From IMG/VR virus record IMGVR_UViG_3300010354_000002, positions 19,162 through 83,161 of that record: 64,000 nucleotides of DNA; one strand, written 5' to 3'. Positions 26,718 through 37,457 of the stretch are shown here, in pieces; position 1 is the stretch's first letter, and each line of letters opens with the position of its first letter. Below the pieces are notes generated by a model that had not been told where the DNA came from, made no database searches, and worked only from the letters and a program-made list of their open reading frames with translations. A program made the translations under genes and the position numbers. Source of the DNA: a virus.

Positions 26718-27143
26718 ATGAGCGCATTTTCCAATTACATGGAAGAGAAGGTTGTCAAGTGGTCTTTTTCGGCTAGCAACTCAATGCCTACCCAGCCGAC
26801 CAGCGTGTGGATTTCATTGCATACGGCCGACCCGGGCGAGACCGGTGCAAGCAACGAGGTAAGTGGTGGCAATTATGCGAGACGTGACGTCTCGCTAACT
26901 GGTGGATGGACTGTGGATCAGGATGGAAATGGAGACTGGCGTGCTCGGAACGCAAACACTATTCAATTTCCTTCCAGCGGAACTGTCACATGGACGGCGA
27001 CAGTTAGTCATTTTGCAATCTGGGATGCAAACAGCGGAACGCCTAATTGTCTGTACAAAGGCGTGTTGCAGGCGTCCAAGTCAGTCTCAAGCGGGGATAT
27101 CTTTCAGTTCCTTGCGAACAACCTGACAATTACGCTTCAGTAG
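26718..27143 (+). CDS. Small tail-fibre-associated virion protein
   Basis: FSNY.E...LHTADPGE.G..NEVSGG.YAR...W..VSHFAIWDA motif family. Confidence 0.8.
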   Translation: MSAFSNYMEEKVVKWSFSASNSMPTQPTSVWISLHTADPGETGASNEVSGGNYARRDVSLTGGWTVDQDGNGDWRARNANTIQFPSSGTVTWTATVSHFAIWDANSGTPNCLYKGVLQASKSVSSGDIFQFLANNLTITLQ

Positions 27144-27150
27144 GTAGATT

Positions 27151-30100
27151 ATGCCTAGCACGGGGGCGACTTTCCCAGCCTCGGGATCGGCTACGTCGCC
27201 CCCGTCTCCGGGTGGAGCGACGTGGTCCAATCCCGGCAACATAGTTGCAGACGATACAAGCAATGCAACGCTTTCGTCGGGCAATGGAATATCAGGACGC
27301 CTAGTTGCAACCCAGTTTGGTTTCAACATAGGATCGGTAACTGTTCAGGGCATAACGGTCACCATCCGTGGTGGTTACGTTGGGCTATCCAACCCTGACG
27401 AAGTTTTTAAAGCCCAACTACGCAATGCAAATGGCAACACGGTAGGCGATGCGAAAACCTTCAGCATCCCGTCAAACGAAGAACAAACTTTTACTCTTGG
27501 CGGAACATCCGATACATGGGCGGCAGGTCTTACGTCCACTGATATCAACGATTCCGATTTCGGCGTTGAAATCTGGTGCGAGGCCGCAGATCAGCCAAAC
27601 TACTCCGTAAATGTTGATTATGTCAACATAGATGTTACCTACTCCGGTAGCACGACGGTTGACGGCACGGCATTCAGCACATCAACGGCAACAACGCAGG
27701 CCACTGGGGTTCCAGTCAAGACAGGCTCTGCGACTCCTTCTTCAATCGCCACACCCAGCGCGTCTGCAAGCCTGACGAACATCGCGGCGGCCTCGTCAGG
27801 AAGTATTTCTACAGCACAAGCACTCGTTGTGCGCGTCGCTACTGGTGCGGCTGTAGCAACGCCGGGCGCATCTGCTAGTGTGTCTGGCACAAGGCTGCAA
27901 AACGCAACGGCAGACAGCGGTGCATCGGCATTTAGGGAAGCCACGGGTGTTCGACTTCAGAATGCGCAAGGCGACGCAAATGGTCAAGCCCTTGCAGTAT
28001 CTAACGCTGTCAAAGTGCCCACCGCAGATGCCAGTGTGCAGTCATCGGCATCGGCAAGCGCGGATGCCCTCCGGCTTCAAAACGCAACAGCAAACGCAAC
28101 AAGTGCCGCAATCTTTGACACCACGGGCACTCGATTGCAGAACGCTGAGGCCGATGCCCAATGCATGGCGACGGCAAGCGCGTCTACGCAGAACACCGCC
28201 AACGCAGACGCATCCATCAGCAGTGCCGCCTTTGCTGACTCTCTTGGTGTACGGGGAGCCGTCACCTCCGCAGACATCAGCGCAGGTGCTACTGCTATCA
28301 CTGCCGCGCAGGTTATTGTGCAACCAACCAGCAGTGGAAACGCAACGGCCACGGCGACAGCCACTGCGGTGCGCATACGCACGGGGCTTGTCTCGCGTCA
28401 GGGGCGAGCCAATGCGAACGTCTCCGGGATGGTGGTGCATCGGTCCGTCGTAAACACATTTGCGAACAGCACGGCGTTAGTAACACCAACAATTAGTAAA
28501 ACAGGCACCGCAGCAGCGTATGGGCTGGTAGCCACGTCCGCCGAGGCAAACCTCGCCAACGGAGCCAGTGCCAGCGTCACCGGATCGGCTATAGCCTCGG
28601 TCAATGCAGTGTTGGAGGGATACCGGTTTGGCTCTCTTGTTCAAATTCAAGAGAGCAATGCGAACCTGCTAACGGGCGAGACTTGCGAGGGTGGCGTTAC
28701 CGTCCTGCGTGAAGAGCGAATGGTGGGTGGGGGCACATTTGGCGGGCGCACAATGGATACGCAGTGGGCTGGATTGTTGCCGCCTGAAGAGTGCTCCTTC
28801 CCGGTGCGAAGAGTTAGATGCAGTGGTTCTCTCAGTGTTCCATTCGGGTCGCTAAACTGGTACGACTTTATGATCGGGCCTCCCGTGCCTCCCGGTGGCA
28901 CCAATCCTGATCCTGCAATATACGAATATGGTTTCAGGGCTACGTTTTCAACAATATGGGAAAGTCGCACTGTTGAGGAAAAGGAGACATTTGTAGCGTC
29001 TAACAGTGGTACGAACCCATTGCAAGCCGATGTCACACGCAATGGAAAATGGAAGGCTGAGTTTGACGCCGAACTTTGTATTGCGCACAACGAGGGAGGC
29101 TCGTCAGGCACTGGCGCAAACTTTGATGCTGATCCACCACACAACTCTTCGGTACGCATTTTTTATCGTCTAAAGCGAGGTGGCACTTACCTATACGAGG
29201 TTGAACTTGGAGAGACAAAGGCGATCATGTCGGGCACGATTACGACACGTCCTGAACTTCCGTTGCCTGATGGAATTACTCTCAATGCGACAATCCAAGG
29301 AGCCACTTCTTGCAGCCATCCGCAGATCACCGCCACGGCATATACGAGTGGAACTTGGCGTGGAGCGGACATTGCCGCCGACAAATCGGTTAGTGCGCCC
29401 AGTGGCAATGCAACAGCATCAAACGGGAGCGGAACCAGCGCAACTATTGTCCTTCGTGCGCTAACGCCGGACCCAAGCGGATTTTGGGCCGACCTTGCGC
29501 AAGCCAACGCATATATGTGGAAAGCGGTGCGCCTTGACTATGACCTGCAAGCAAAACGCAACGCCATGGAGTCTCCATTCCCTGATGCTTCAAGCGACAA
29601 GTATTTCAGGGCAAACGAACTGGTAGACACTCCACCGTTTCAAACTACCTTTGGAGAGTCTCGCACCCTTAGATACGAAAACAGCATTGTACAGGTGCTC
29701 ACAGGTGACCCATTGGCGGTCGTAGCCGAAGCCTCTCATAGCATCCCGAACCAATTCGGTGCAATCTATATGTACGATCCCGCCATCAGCAAGATGGACA
29801 AGTACTATCTTGTCAAAGACCGCAAGATGGCTGGGCTGTCCCTCTCGATACCACAGGCGACAACCAACTTTACGGGAACGGATACGGCAGTCACCGGTGG
29901 CCCGTATGGCGTTCAGAGGTCGTTTGCAGGCACAACCTTGCAGTATCAGCCATTGATGGGTTACAGATACCTTGAGGTCGCCATCACGGAGACTGGAAGC
30001 AATAGTCCCGGGACACCGATTAAAGTCATTGTGGAACGAACAGCGGAAACCGAGGGGGAAGTTCCGCCAACCAAGGAATACACAAAGGATCGGCTAGGCA

Positions 30101-31872
30101 ATGCCTTGGAATCACCGGGAGGCGGGGCCACAGCCACTTTTGTGATTGACATGTGTTCTCCAAGCAACAGTGCCCAAGCAGTAGACGCACAGGAAACCAC
30201 ATATCCATATGACGAGGACTGGACATCGCAGGGTGGCTCAGAGGATTCCTACCGCCGCATAGGGGAGGGGTATCTAACAGGATTGTTGTATGCGTCGAAC
30301 ATCAAGATTGTCTCGGACGCAAATCGCTCGTACACCATCAATCACATCAAATGTCGCCGCATAGGTGAGACCGTGCGTGTATCTAACCTGCCGAGCCGAC
30401 CAATCCCCGACGTTCCCGATCCTGACCGAGACAAGGGCAGTTACTGGTTCAAGCAACGACCTGACACCATCTTCCACGATCCAGATGAGCCACCACCGCC
30501 ACCGGGTGAGGAAGATCCGTTTGCGACCACGACGAAGCACTATGTGCGTCATTGTTTCACCTGCGACCTAGACGGCAGACTGATTGCCGCAGAATGGTCG
30601 GATTGTGAATGGCAACAAACTACTGGTGGTGTTAGTGGCGTTGTAACCAATACGTTGTTGCAGAACTCCATTACGTGGCTTGCGGATCGCATCAACTCCA
30701 ACTCGTTGCTGCCCGGTTGGGCTGCGACAATCGCCGCGCCCATGCCGGGATCTTCTGGCCCATTGTGTTACTACAACCGCAATAGGAAAATGGTGGGGTT
30801 GCTGGGTGGAGGTTTGTATTGGGACCCGCCAAGCATCTATGCGGCGCAAGGCCAATGGGTCACAGGGCTTGACCGTATTGCCTACGACCCGAACCCTGAT
30901 ATTGATCAAGGCATTCCGTGGCAAGGTGGCTATGATCGTCTTGAATCCTGCCCCGGCAAAGTCGGCGATGTCTTCCAGCATAAGAATGACATCACCAAAC
31001 CAGAGGCACTTGTTCTACGGCTCGGGCAAGTCCGACGAGCACAGGCCGTAGGAATGGTTCTTGACCAGAATGGGCTTGCGGAGGTTGACGCCCGTCTAAA
31101 TCTAAATCAGACAATCAACGGAACGTTGGAACTGCGAGGCACCGGTCTGAGCGATGCATTTGGTTATGCGCAGACGCTTCTTCCGCACGCAATTACCGGG
31201 CCGGACACCTCTACCGTTTCGTTTGAGCAAGGCGGCTCTGCGGATTACGATACGGTACGGCGTAAACGTTTCTATTTCCGTTGCGGTGTTGTTCAGGTTG
31301 GCGAGAGTACCTACATTGCGCTGTATCGGCATGGGCAAGATCGGGCGTGCCTATACCATTACGTTGCAAACACGGGGTTGGTAGTCTGGGATTACCTTGG
31401 ACAGCCGACCGATCCCGCATCAGCCAAGACGGAGACGGTCATTGACGACGCTACGGACGCCAGAATGCCATCTGCGTGGTTGCGCCCCGAAGAGTTCCAC
31501 GAGGTTGTATATTTGCGAGGGACTAAACCTGTTTATGGAAAGTCAAACCAATTTGTGCGGAGTTGGAGATTGACCGAGATACCCGGCTCGGCTGAAGCCA
31601 TCGCTGCTTGTCATCAAAACGGGCGACTCATCGTGGCTGCGTACCATGACAATCGCTGGTACGTTCGCGTTGGCAAAATGAATAAGGCCACTGGAGCCTA
31701 TACGTTCAGTGCAGAATCCCCAATACTTGCCCAGAACGCCGCAAAACCACATGGACATCTCTATACAAGGGCAGATAACGTCATAGAATTTGCGTATCTC
31801 AATAGCAGCAATCAGCCGCGAGTGGTCAGATGTCATTCTCTATCGCTTGACGGGACAGGTACATGGGCATGA
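27151..31872 (+). CDS. Large tail fibre/adhesin: N-terminal lectin-like domain, ~20-aa Ala/Ser repeats, C-terminal tail-anchoring region
   Basis: 1573 aa; WSNPGN...FGF...LGG.SD.W domain; RLQNA repeats. Confidence 0.7.
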   Translation: MPSTGATFPASGSATSPPSPGGATWSNPGNIVADDTSNATLSSGNGISGRLVATQFGFNIGSVTVQGITVTIRGGYVGLSNPDEVFKAQLRNANGNTVGDAKTFSIPSNEEQTFTLGGTSDTWAAGLTSTDINDSDFGVEIWCEAADQPNYSVNVDYVNIDVTYSGSTTVDGTAFSTSTATTQATGVPVKTGSATPSSIATPSASASLTNIAAASSGSISTAQALVVRVATGAAVATPGASASVSGTRLQNATADSGASAFREATGVRLQNAQGDANGQALAVSNAVKVPTADASVQSSASASADALRLQNATANATSAAIFDTTGTRLQNAEADAQCMATASASTQNTANADASISSAAFADSLGVRGAVTSADISAGATAITAAQVIVQPTSSGNATATATATAVRIRTGLVSRQGRANANVSGMVVHRSVVNTFANSTALVTPTISKTGTAAAYGLVATSAEANLANGASASVTGSAIASVNAVLEGYRFGSLVQIQESNANLLTGETCEGGVTVLREERMVGGGTFGGRTMDTQWAGLLPPEECSFPVRRVRCSGSLSVPFGSLNWYDFMIGPPVPPGGTNPDPAIYEYGFRATFSTIWESRTVEEKETFVASNSGTNPLQADVTRNGKWKAEFDAELCIAHNEGGSSGTGANFDADPPHNSSVRIFYRLKRGGTYLYEVELGETKAIMSGTITTRPELPLPDGITLNATIQGATSCSHPQITATAYTSGTWRGADIAADKSVSAPSGNATASNGSGTSATIVLRALTPDPSGFWADLAQANAYMWKAVRLDYDLQAKRNAMESPFPDASSDKYFRANELVDTPPFQTTFGESRTLRYENSIVQVLTGDPLAVVAEASHSIPNQFGAIYMYDPAISKMDKYYLVKDRKMAGLSLSIPQATTNFTGTDTAVTGGPYGVQRSFAGTTLQYQPLMGYRYLEVAITETGSNSPGTPIKVIVERTAETEGEVPPTKEYTKDRLGNALESPGGGATATFVIDMCSPSNSAQAVDAQETTYPYDEDWTSQGGSEDSYRRIGEGYLTGLLYASNIKIVSDANRSYTINHIKCRRIGETVRVSNLPSRPIPDVPDPDRDKGSYWFKQRPDTIFHDPDEPPPPPGEEDPFATTTKHYVRHCFTCDLDGRLIAAEWSDCEWQQTTGGVSGVVTNTLLQNSITWLADRINSNSLLPGWAATIAAPMPGSSGPLCYYNRNRKMVGLLGGGLYWDPPSIYAAQGQWVTGLDRIAYDPNPDIDQGIPWQGGYDRLESCPGKVGDVFQHKNDITKPEALVLRLGQVRRAQAVGMVLDQNGLAEVDARLNLNQTINGTLELRGTGLSDAFGYAQTLLPHAITGPDTSTVSFEQGGSADYDTVRRKRFYFRCGVVQVGESTYIALYRHGQDRACLYHYVANTGLVVWDYLGQPTDPASAKTETVIDDATDARMPSAWLRPEEFHEVVYLRGTKPVYGKSNQFVRSWRLTEIPGSAEAIAACHQNGRLIVAAYHDNRWYVRVGKMNKATGAYTFSAESPILAQNAAKPHGHLYTRADNVIEFAYLNSSNQPRVVRCHSLSLDGTGTWA

Positions 31873-33143
31873 ACGAGCAGGACAACCCCGGGCAACTGCC
31901 AAAATTTGAGCATTACGATTTGCGTGATGCGAACTGGCAACAAGCAAGCGACCAGCATCATGGCGCAGTGGTGAATCCCGATCAATTTGTATCCGCTGAT
32001 CCAAAGATGCATGTCATGTCGTCCGACAACGGGCACATTAGGTTCAACTCAATGCGATTTGCACAGGCGTTGCAACGCAAAGGCGTTCGATCCATGTCTG
32101 GAGAGGAGTTTCACCGACAGGCTGTTGCCCGTGGGATTTCTCCAGAGGAACTTGCATGGGGCGGTTTGCATCCCAACCGATGGAAATATGCACCATTAAT
32201 GACCCCAAGGGGTTGGCAACAGTATCTACAAATCAATCTGCCTTCCCTATTGATGAAAGATCAAGATGGCCTGAATCTTGGCGTCGTAGGGAATTTGGGT
32301 CCATTGGATCACGAAAAATTGCAGCGTCGCGGTTTCCACGTTGAATCTCATGGTTTAGACAGGAACAAGGCAGATGGTGCAGTAGGTCTGAAAATTGATT
32401 TTACCCGTGGGCCGATGCGTACTATTCACGATGATGCTCAACATGAAGAGGTAGAGGGTCACGGATCGCCTCATATATTGCATTACAAAGGGTTTGACGT
32501 CACCGGGCCGAATGGTGACAAGACGTTGGCGGTAGAGCAGGTTCAAAGCGATTGGCATCAGAAGAAAAACGGCGGGTCAAGCAGTTCATTTACACCAAGT
32601 GGCAAACGCATCGTAAACATTGAGGATGAAAACTGGCCTGCGCATGATCCATATAAAAAAATAGGCCGACCTTCTTTCCTAGATTTGCCATTCGGTCAAC
32701 GGGACAATGGCGAATGGGAGAACCTAGCATTGCGTATGGCTCTCCATGTCGCCGCTCACAAGGGGTTTGATCGTATTGCCCTACCGTATGCGGACGTGGC
32801 GGATAAAACGTGGTGGCAAAACGGTCGAGAGCAAAAACTGTATGGCGATGGTTGGACGCACGTCTTGAAGCGCAACGGCGTAACTCTACCCCGGGAAGCA
32901 GACAAGATCGCTCGCTCACTGAAGGATCTCGGTGTAGTGCGCGGACAATGGAAGATGCCTATTGGAGTTGGTGGCGGTCCTGAACGAACCCTGTCAACGC
33001 TGGAACTTACACCAGCCGCGCGAGAGCACTTGATTCGCAATGGCCTGACTCCTTGGGGTTCAGACAATCCTCGCGACATGGTACGCGCAATGAAGGCATT
33101 GCCCATTCGTGTTTCAATGAGAGGAAACTTTTGGAATGGATAA
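31869..33143 (+). CDS. Putative internal virion protein, polyvalent-protein QSDWHQ domain (GNAT-like pattern), paralogue 1
   Basis: LAVEQVQSDWHQK...LPF...WENLALRMALHVAAHKGFDRIALP. Confidence 0.65.
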   Translation: MNEQDNPGQLPKFEHYDLRDANWQQASDQHHGAVVNPDQFVSADPKMHVMSSDNGHIRFNSMRFAQALQRKGVRSMSGEEFHRQAVARGISPEELAWGGLHPNRWKYAPLMTPRGWQQYLQINLPSLLMKDQDGLNLGVVGNLGPLDHEKLQRRGFHVESHGLDRNKADGAVGLKIDFTRGPMRTIHDDAQHEEVEGHGSPHILHYKGFDVTGPNGDKTLAVEQVQSDWHQKKNGGSSSSFTPSGKRIVNIEDENWPAHDPYKKIGRPSFLDLPFGQRDNGEWENLALRMALHVAAHKGFDRIALPYADVADKTWWQNGREQKLYGDGWTHVLKRNGVTLPREADKIARSLKDLGVVRGQWKMPIGVGGGPERTLSTLELTPAAREHLIRNGLTPWGSDNPRDMVRAMKALPIRVSMRGNFWNG

Positions 33144-34413
33144 CGAGGCTACGCCGGGACAACTTCCACGGTTTGAACGATTTGATTCATCTGATTCCAA
33201 CTGGTCGCAAACAGCCTCAGCCCATCCGGGAGCCGTGCGTTCCAAGTTGGGAGGTATGCGATTTCATTCATTGCGTGTCGCAGAGGGCTTGAGGCGTAAA
33301 AACGTCGGTCCTATTTCCGCGCCCGACATGTATCGCCAGATGATTGGGCGTGGCGTCTCCAAACAAGAAGCGGCATTTGCCGGTCTTCATCCAAATATGC
33401 ATGACAATCTGCCTGCCATGACACCGTCTCAATGGCATCAATATATGTCGCAAAAGTTGCCTAAATTGTCAATGCAGAATCAAGATGGACTAAATTCAGG
33501 AATCTACGGCAACCTGTTGACGCAACAATATGGAATGCGAACGCCGATGGAGAGGATGTGGCAAAAGGGATATATGCCGTCACGTCATGGCGTTGGAGGC
33601 AATAAGACCGAACATACGGGTGCAGTCAGCATGACGATGGATGACCCAAGGTTGTCGTATTTTGGAATTCATCACCAAGCCGTTAAGGGGCATGGTGACC
33701 CTCACATTGTCCACTACAAAGGATTCAATGTGGTAGATCCGCATGGCGGCATCTCCGTCGTGTTGGATCAAGTTCAATCCGATTGGCATCAAAAGAAGCA
33801 CAATGTGCAGGAGGAAGACTTCGACCCTTGGGACATGGCCGATAAAAAGGACATGCGCAAGCACAAGGAAAAGAAAGCGGAACTGCGAGACAACGTCAGG
33901 ACATTTGAGCATGCGGATTGGCCTACGCATGATTTGTTTGACGCACACTTCCCCACTTACTTGGATTTGCCATTCGGGCATAGTGACAATGGAGAGTGGG
34001 AAAACCTTGCCCTGCGTATGGCTTTGCACAATGCTGCTCATCAGGGAGCCGACCGTATTGCATTGCCGTTGGCCGATCACGATCAAGATCGTTTTTGGCA
34101 AAATGGACTTCAAGTGCCACTTCGACAGGCGGATGACAATGTTGTTCGCAGGAACTCAGTCACCCTGCCGCGTGAGGCGGCAAAAATTGCCCAGACGTTG
34201 CGTGATCAGGGAGTAAAGACCGGCACATGGAATTTTCCTGTTCCGCTATATGGCAAATCAGTTCAGTTGAATACAATTGAGTTGACGCCCGAGGCCCGTA
34301 GAACGCTTATCATGCATGGCCTTGCGCCATTTTCAACCATGAACCCGCGAGATATTCATCGTGCTATCAAAGCATTGCCCGTCGTGATCCGCAGGCGCAA
34401 GGAATCTTTGTAA
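33136..34413 (+). CDS. Putative internal virion protein, paralogue 2
   Basis: VVLDQVQSDWHQK...WENLALRMALHNAAHQGADRIALP; colinear with 31869. Confidence 0.65.
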   Translation: MDNEATPGQLPRFERFDSSDSNWSQTASAHPGAVRSKLGGMRFHSLRVAEGLRRKNVGPISAPDMYRQMIGRGVSKQEAAFAGLHPNMHDNLPAMTPSQWHQYMSQKLPKLSMQNQDGLNSGIYGNLLTQQYGMRTPMERMWQKGYMPSRHGVGGNKTEHTGAVSMTMDDPRLSYFGIHHQAVKGHGDPHIVHYKGFNVVDPHGGISVVLDQVQSDWHQKKHNVQEEDFDPWDMADKKDMRKHKEKKAELRDNVRTFEHADWPTHDLFDAHFPTYLDLPFGHSDNGEWENLALRMALHNAAHQGADRIALPLADHDQDRFWQNGLQVPLRQADDNVVRRNSVTLPREAAKIAQTLRDQGVKTGTWNFPVPLYGKSVQLNTIELTPEARRTLIMHGLAPFSTMNPRDIHRAIKALPVVIRRRKESL

Positions 34414-37397
34414 TGCCAGACCCTCCGCTTATGCCGCTCCAGACATCTGGCAAGGTCTCCGTGACGGGGGCTATTGCATTTGGGGACATTCACGCCATTC
34501 ATGGGAATCAACTTCAACCGTCATTTGTCTGGGTGGATCACATGGGTGGCACGATCATGGACACCCTCACCGACCCGACTAATATGAAGGCCGACCGAGT
34601 TTTGGGAGTGTCTCACGCTGCACCGGTATTTGTTCCATTCCATCAAAAGATAGAATCTTCCAACGTCACCTTGCCAGTTGACAACACGCAATACATTCCG
34701 GGGATGGCAATCCCCATTGTCTCGTGGACCTGTACAAACACAGGCTCCGTGACGCCTAAGCAAACTGCATATGCGGATCGTTATTTCGGGTTTGAATATT
34801 TCGAGACGGTGCTGCCGGAAGCGGCCAACCTAAGCGACGCCACTAATCTCTGGCAAATCTATGAGGCTAGCCAGTATCGCAATACCGACGGTGGTTCCGT
34901 CGTGTCGTTTGATGAACAGGGCTTTACGTTGTTCATCCAGAAGCAAAAACTTGGATATGTAAACACGGTTAACCCTACCAATATCTCAATCTCTTGGGAA
35001 GTCTACACAAAGGGCGCAGACAAGTCCGGCACGGAACCCGGCGTATTTGAACTCACCCTATACCAGAACAAGCCGCCTGAACTTACCCTTGATGGTCGCT
35101 CGCTGCGATCTGCTATGAGTTTTGGCACGCACCCGATTGGCATGATCGGCTCCATGGGCAATGCTGATCTGACGTTGCAACAGTTCGTTCAGGTCATGAT
35201 TGTCGGTGGGAGAATGCAGGTAACTGTGCCGGGCACTGGAGTGCCGATTGTCGTACACCTTGAGCGCATTTGGCATGCGACCGTAAGTGGAATTCCAGTC
35301 AACAAAGATCAAGAGCCACAAATCGCATACGCCTACGTGCCAAAGGGTGTTGCGGATCGCCTTCCTGCGTCTCTTGGCGGGTATTCCGACATTGATATCT
35401 ATCGTTGGCCATCCGGGCAGCACCCAATCATGGGTGTCGGCGGCAACGCGACCAAGTTCATCGTTACGGATCGGTGGCCAGCAGGAACGTGTCCTGACAT
35501 CCCTGCAGAGACGCTATCGGACGAGTTTGACGTTATCAAGAGCAATACCAACCTTGAAGCCGGGATCGAAATTGGAATCCTAGAGCCTCGCATTGGCAAG
35601 GTGACATTGTCGGTAAAGGGCTTTAGCCAATACTCGTTCTCACTGCATCCGATGCGTTTTGCGAACAACTTTTCCTATACATCCATCCAGCAACAGTTGG
35701 GCTTCACGCCAAGCGTCACCACGCCGCCGACGTTTGACCTGCATATGCATGCCGATATCGCCAAGAACCTTGATTCTGGCGAGACGCATACCTGCAAGCA
35801 TATACCTACTGCTCAGGTCACGCTGACAGACGAGCACCTTGCCGGTTCACAGATAAGCCAATACAGCCTGTCCTGCGTTTCAACTGAAACGCCGTTTGCT
35901 TACGCTGGCATCAATACAGTGCGATACACGCCCGGTATTGAGCGCATCTCCATTCGTTACGCTGGGATCACCGAACTAGACCCTCCTGACGAGGAGACCT
36001 ACAACATCTTCGCCGTAGGCGAGGGGCAAAATGGGTGTGCTGAATATTTGGTTTCGGTGACAGAAGAGTCATCGTTCGACTTCGGTGGCATGCGTGTGCA
36101 TCAAAACCTTGGTGCTACTTTCAACAACTACTCCGGCATCCAGCAATTTGCGCAGGATACCGGTGTGCGAGGGGCTGGGAATATCGCCCTCTGTTGGCGG
36201 TGGGGCTACAAGCATAGCGAGGGCATCAATGGGCAGGAAGGCCCAGCATGGTGGTCTACTGAGGAAGAGCCGGTCTACGGCCCCGGGTGGGGACGCCTAT
36301 ACGGATTCTGCGATACCTACGCCTTCTCTGGCACTACCGGGCGATACAGCCTGACGTTGCAGGGCAAGTCCATGATGGCTCGCCTTGACGACACTGTTTT
36401 CCACGCTCCGCCCAACATGGATGGCTGGAACCACTACCGGGCTGTGTACACGCTGCTATCCATGGCCGGAATACCGGACAGCCGAATTGGCTTCATGACC
36501 GAGGTGCCGGATGATCCCTATGGACTTGAGGCGACCGACCCCGACTTTGATACGGGCGGCTATTTCTTGCCTGTAGGTGTCGGCTCCAACCCATGGACGC
36601 CGATTGCTCGCAGCATGACCGTGGGCCAGTTGATGGGCATGATTCAGCAGGTCACGCAGTTCATTCTGTATGTGGACGACCTTGGGATTTGGCGTTACGA
36701 GCCATTCATGCGCGACGCAACCGGCAACCCGAAGCGTATTTTTCGAGAGTATTATCCGTACGACTCAAATCAGGGCCTTACGCAAATGTGGGATGTGAAT
36801 GTCACAATCTCAACTGCGGACGTCCGCAACGAGGTTATTCTGGTCGGTATTGACGCATATAACCCCTTGACGTTCCTTGACCCTATCTTCGCAGCCGAGC
36901 GCGACGAACTCTCCATAAATGCGAACCCAAGCCAGCAACCGGCAAACTACATCGGCTGGAAGAAAAACTTCGCAATGACTGATTCACGCTTCGCCACAGC
37001 GGAGTTCGCCAAGAAAACGGCAAAGCGTCTGTTTGACACCATGCGTCAACCAGCGGTGATTGTCACGTTCTCCTGTTGGGGACAGCCTGATATCTATCCT
37101 ATGGATTTCATCGGAGTTGAATATCAGCGATCTGGATTGTCTGGATTCCCTGCGGTGCTTGGTGTCTCGGAGGAGGCAGACAATACCATTCCGCTGTTTG
37201 TCACCAAGATTTCCACAACCATCACTCGGACTGCCCGAGGGCTTATCCCAACGAGTCGCATTGAGGCTCGCTACATCCCGCTTGAGGCATATCAAGACCT
37301 TGGCGATGGAGTGAGTTCGCTAGGCAAAACAAAGGGCGACAGTTCAATGAGTAACGGCAACAATACAGGTGGCGGTACAGGGCAAGTAGGCCCGTAA
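34413..37397 (+). CDS. Tail tip / baseplate hub protein
   Basis: C-terminal LYVDDLG.WRY, VRNEVILVG, WGQPDIYPMDFI hub-like motifs. Confidence 0.7.
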   Translation: MPDPPLMPLQTSGKVSVTGAIAFGDIHAIHGNQLQPSFVWVDHMGGTIMDTLTDPTNMKADRVLGVSHAAPVFVPFHQKIESSNVTLPVDNTQYIPGMAIPIVSWTCTNTGSVTPKQTAYADRYFGFEYFETVLPEAANLSDATNLWQIYEASQYRNTDGGSVVSFDEQGFTLFIQKQKLGYVNTVNPTNISISWEVYTKGADKSGTEPGVFELTLYQNKPPELTLDGRSLRSAMSFGTHPIGMIGSMGNADLTLQQFVQVMIVGGRMQVTVPGTGVPIVVHLERIWHATVSGIPVNKDQEPQIAYAYVPKGVADRLPASLGGYSDIDIYRWPSGQHPIMGVGGNATKFIVTDRWPAGTCPDIPAETLSDEFDVIKSNTNLEAGIEIGILEPRIGKVTLSVKGFSQYSFSLHPMRFANNFSYTSIQQQLGFTPSVTTPPTFDLHMHADIAKNLDSGETHTCKHIPTAQVTLTDEHLAGSQISQYSLSCVSTETPFAYAGINTVRYTPGIERISIRYAGITELDPPDEETYNIFAVGEGQNGCAEYLVSVTEESSFDFGGMRVHQNLGATFNNYSGIQQFAQDTGVRGAGNIALCWRWGYKHSEGINGQEGPAWWSTEEEPVYGPGWGRLYGFCDTYAFSGTTGRYSLTLQGKSMMARLDDTVFHAPPNMDGWNHYRAVYTLLSMAGIPDSRIGFMTEVPDDPYGLEATDPDFDTGGYFLPVGVGSNPWTPIARSMTVGQLMGMIQQVTQFILYVDDLGIWRYEPFMRDATGNPKRIFREYYPYDSNQGLTQMWDVNVTISTADVRNEVILVGIDAYNPLTFLDPIFAAERDELSINANPSQQPANYIGWKKNFAMTDSRFATAEFAKKTAKRLFDTMRQPAVIVTFSCWGQPDIYPMDFIGVEYQRSGLSGFPAVLGVSEEADNTIPLFVTKISTTITRTARGLIPTSRIEARYIPLEAYQDLGDGVSSLGKTKGDSSMSNGNNTGGGTGQVGP

Positions 37398-37402
37398 CAC
37401 AC

Positions 37403-37430
37403 AAAAGGCCATGGATTTCTCCATGGCCTT
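37403..37430. terminator. Terminator between convergent genes
   Basis: AAGGCCATGGA-TTTC-TCCATGGCCTT. Confidence 0.75.
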
Positions 37431-37457
37431 CGTTGCGTCTATGATGCTCCAACCGGC

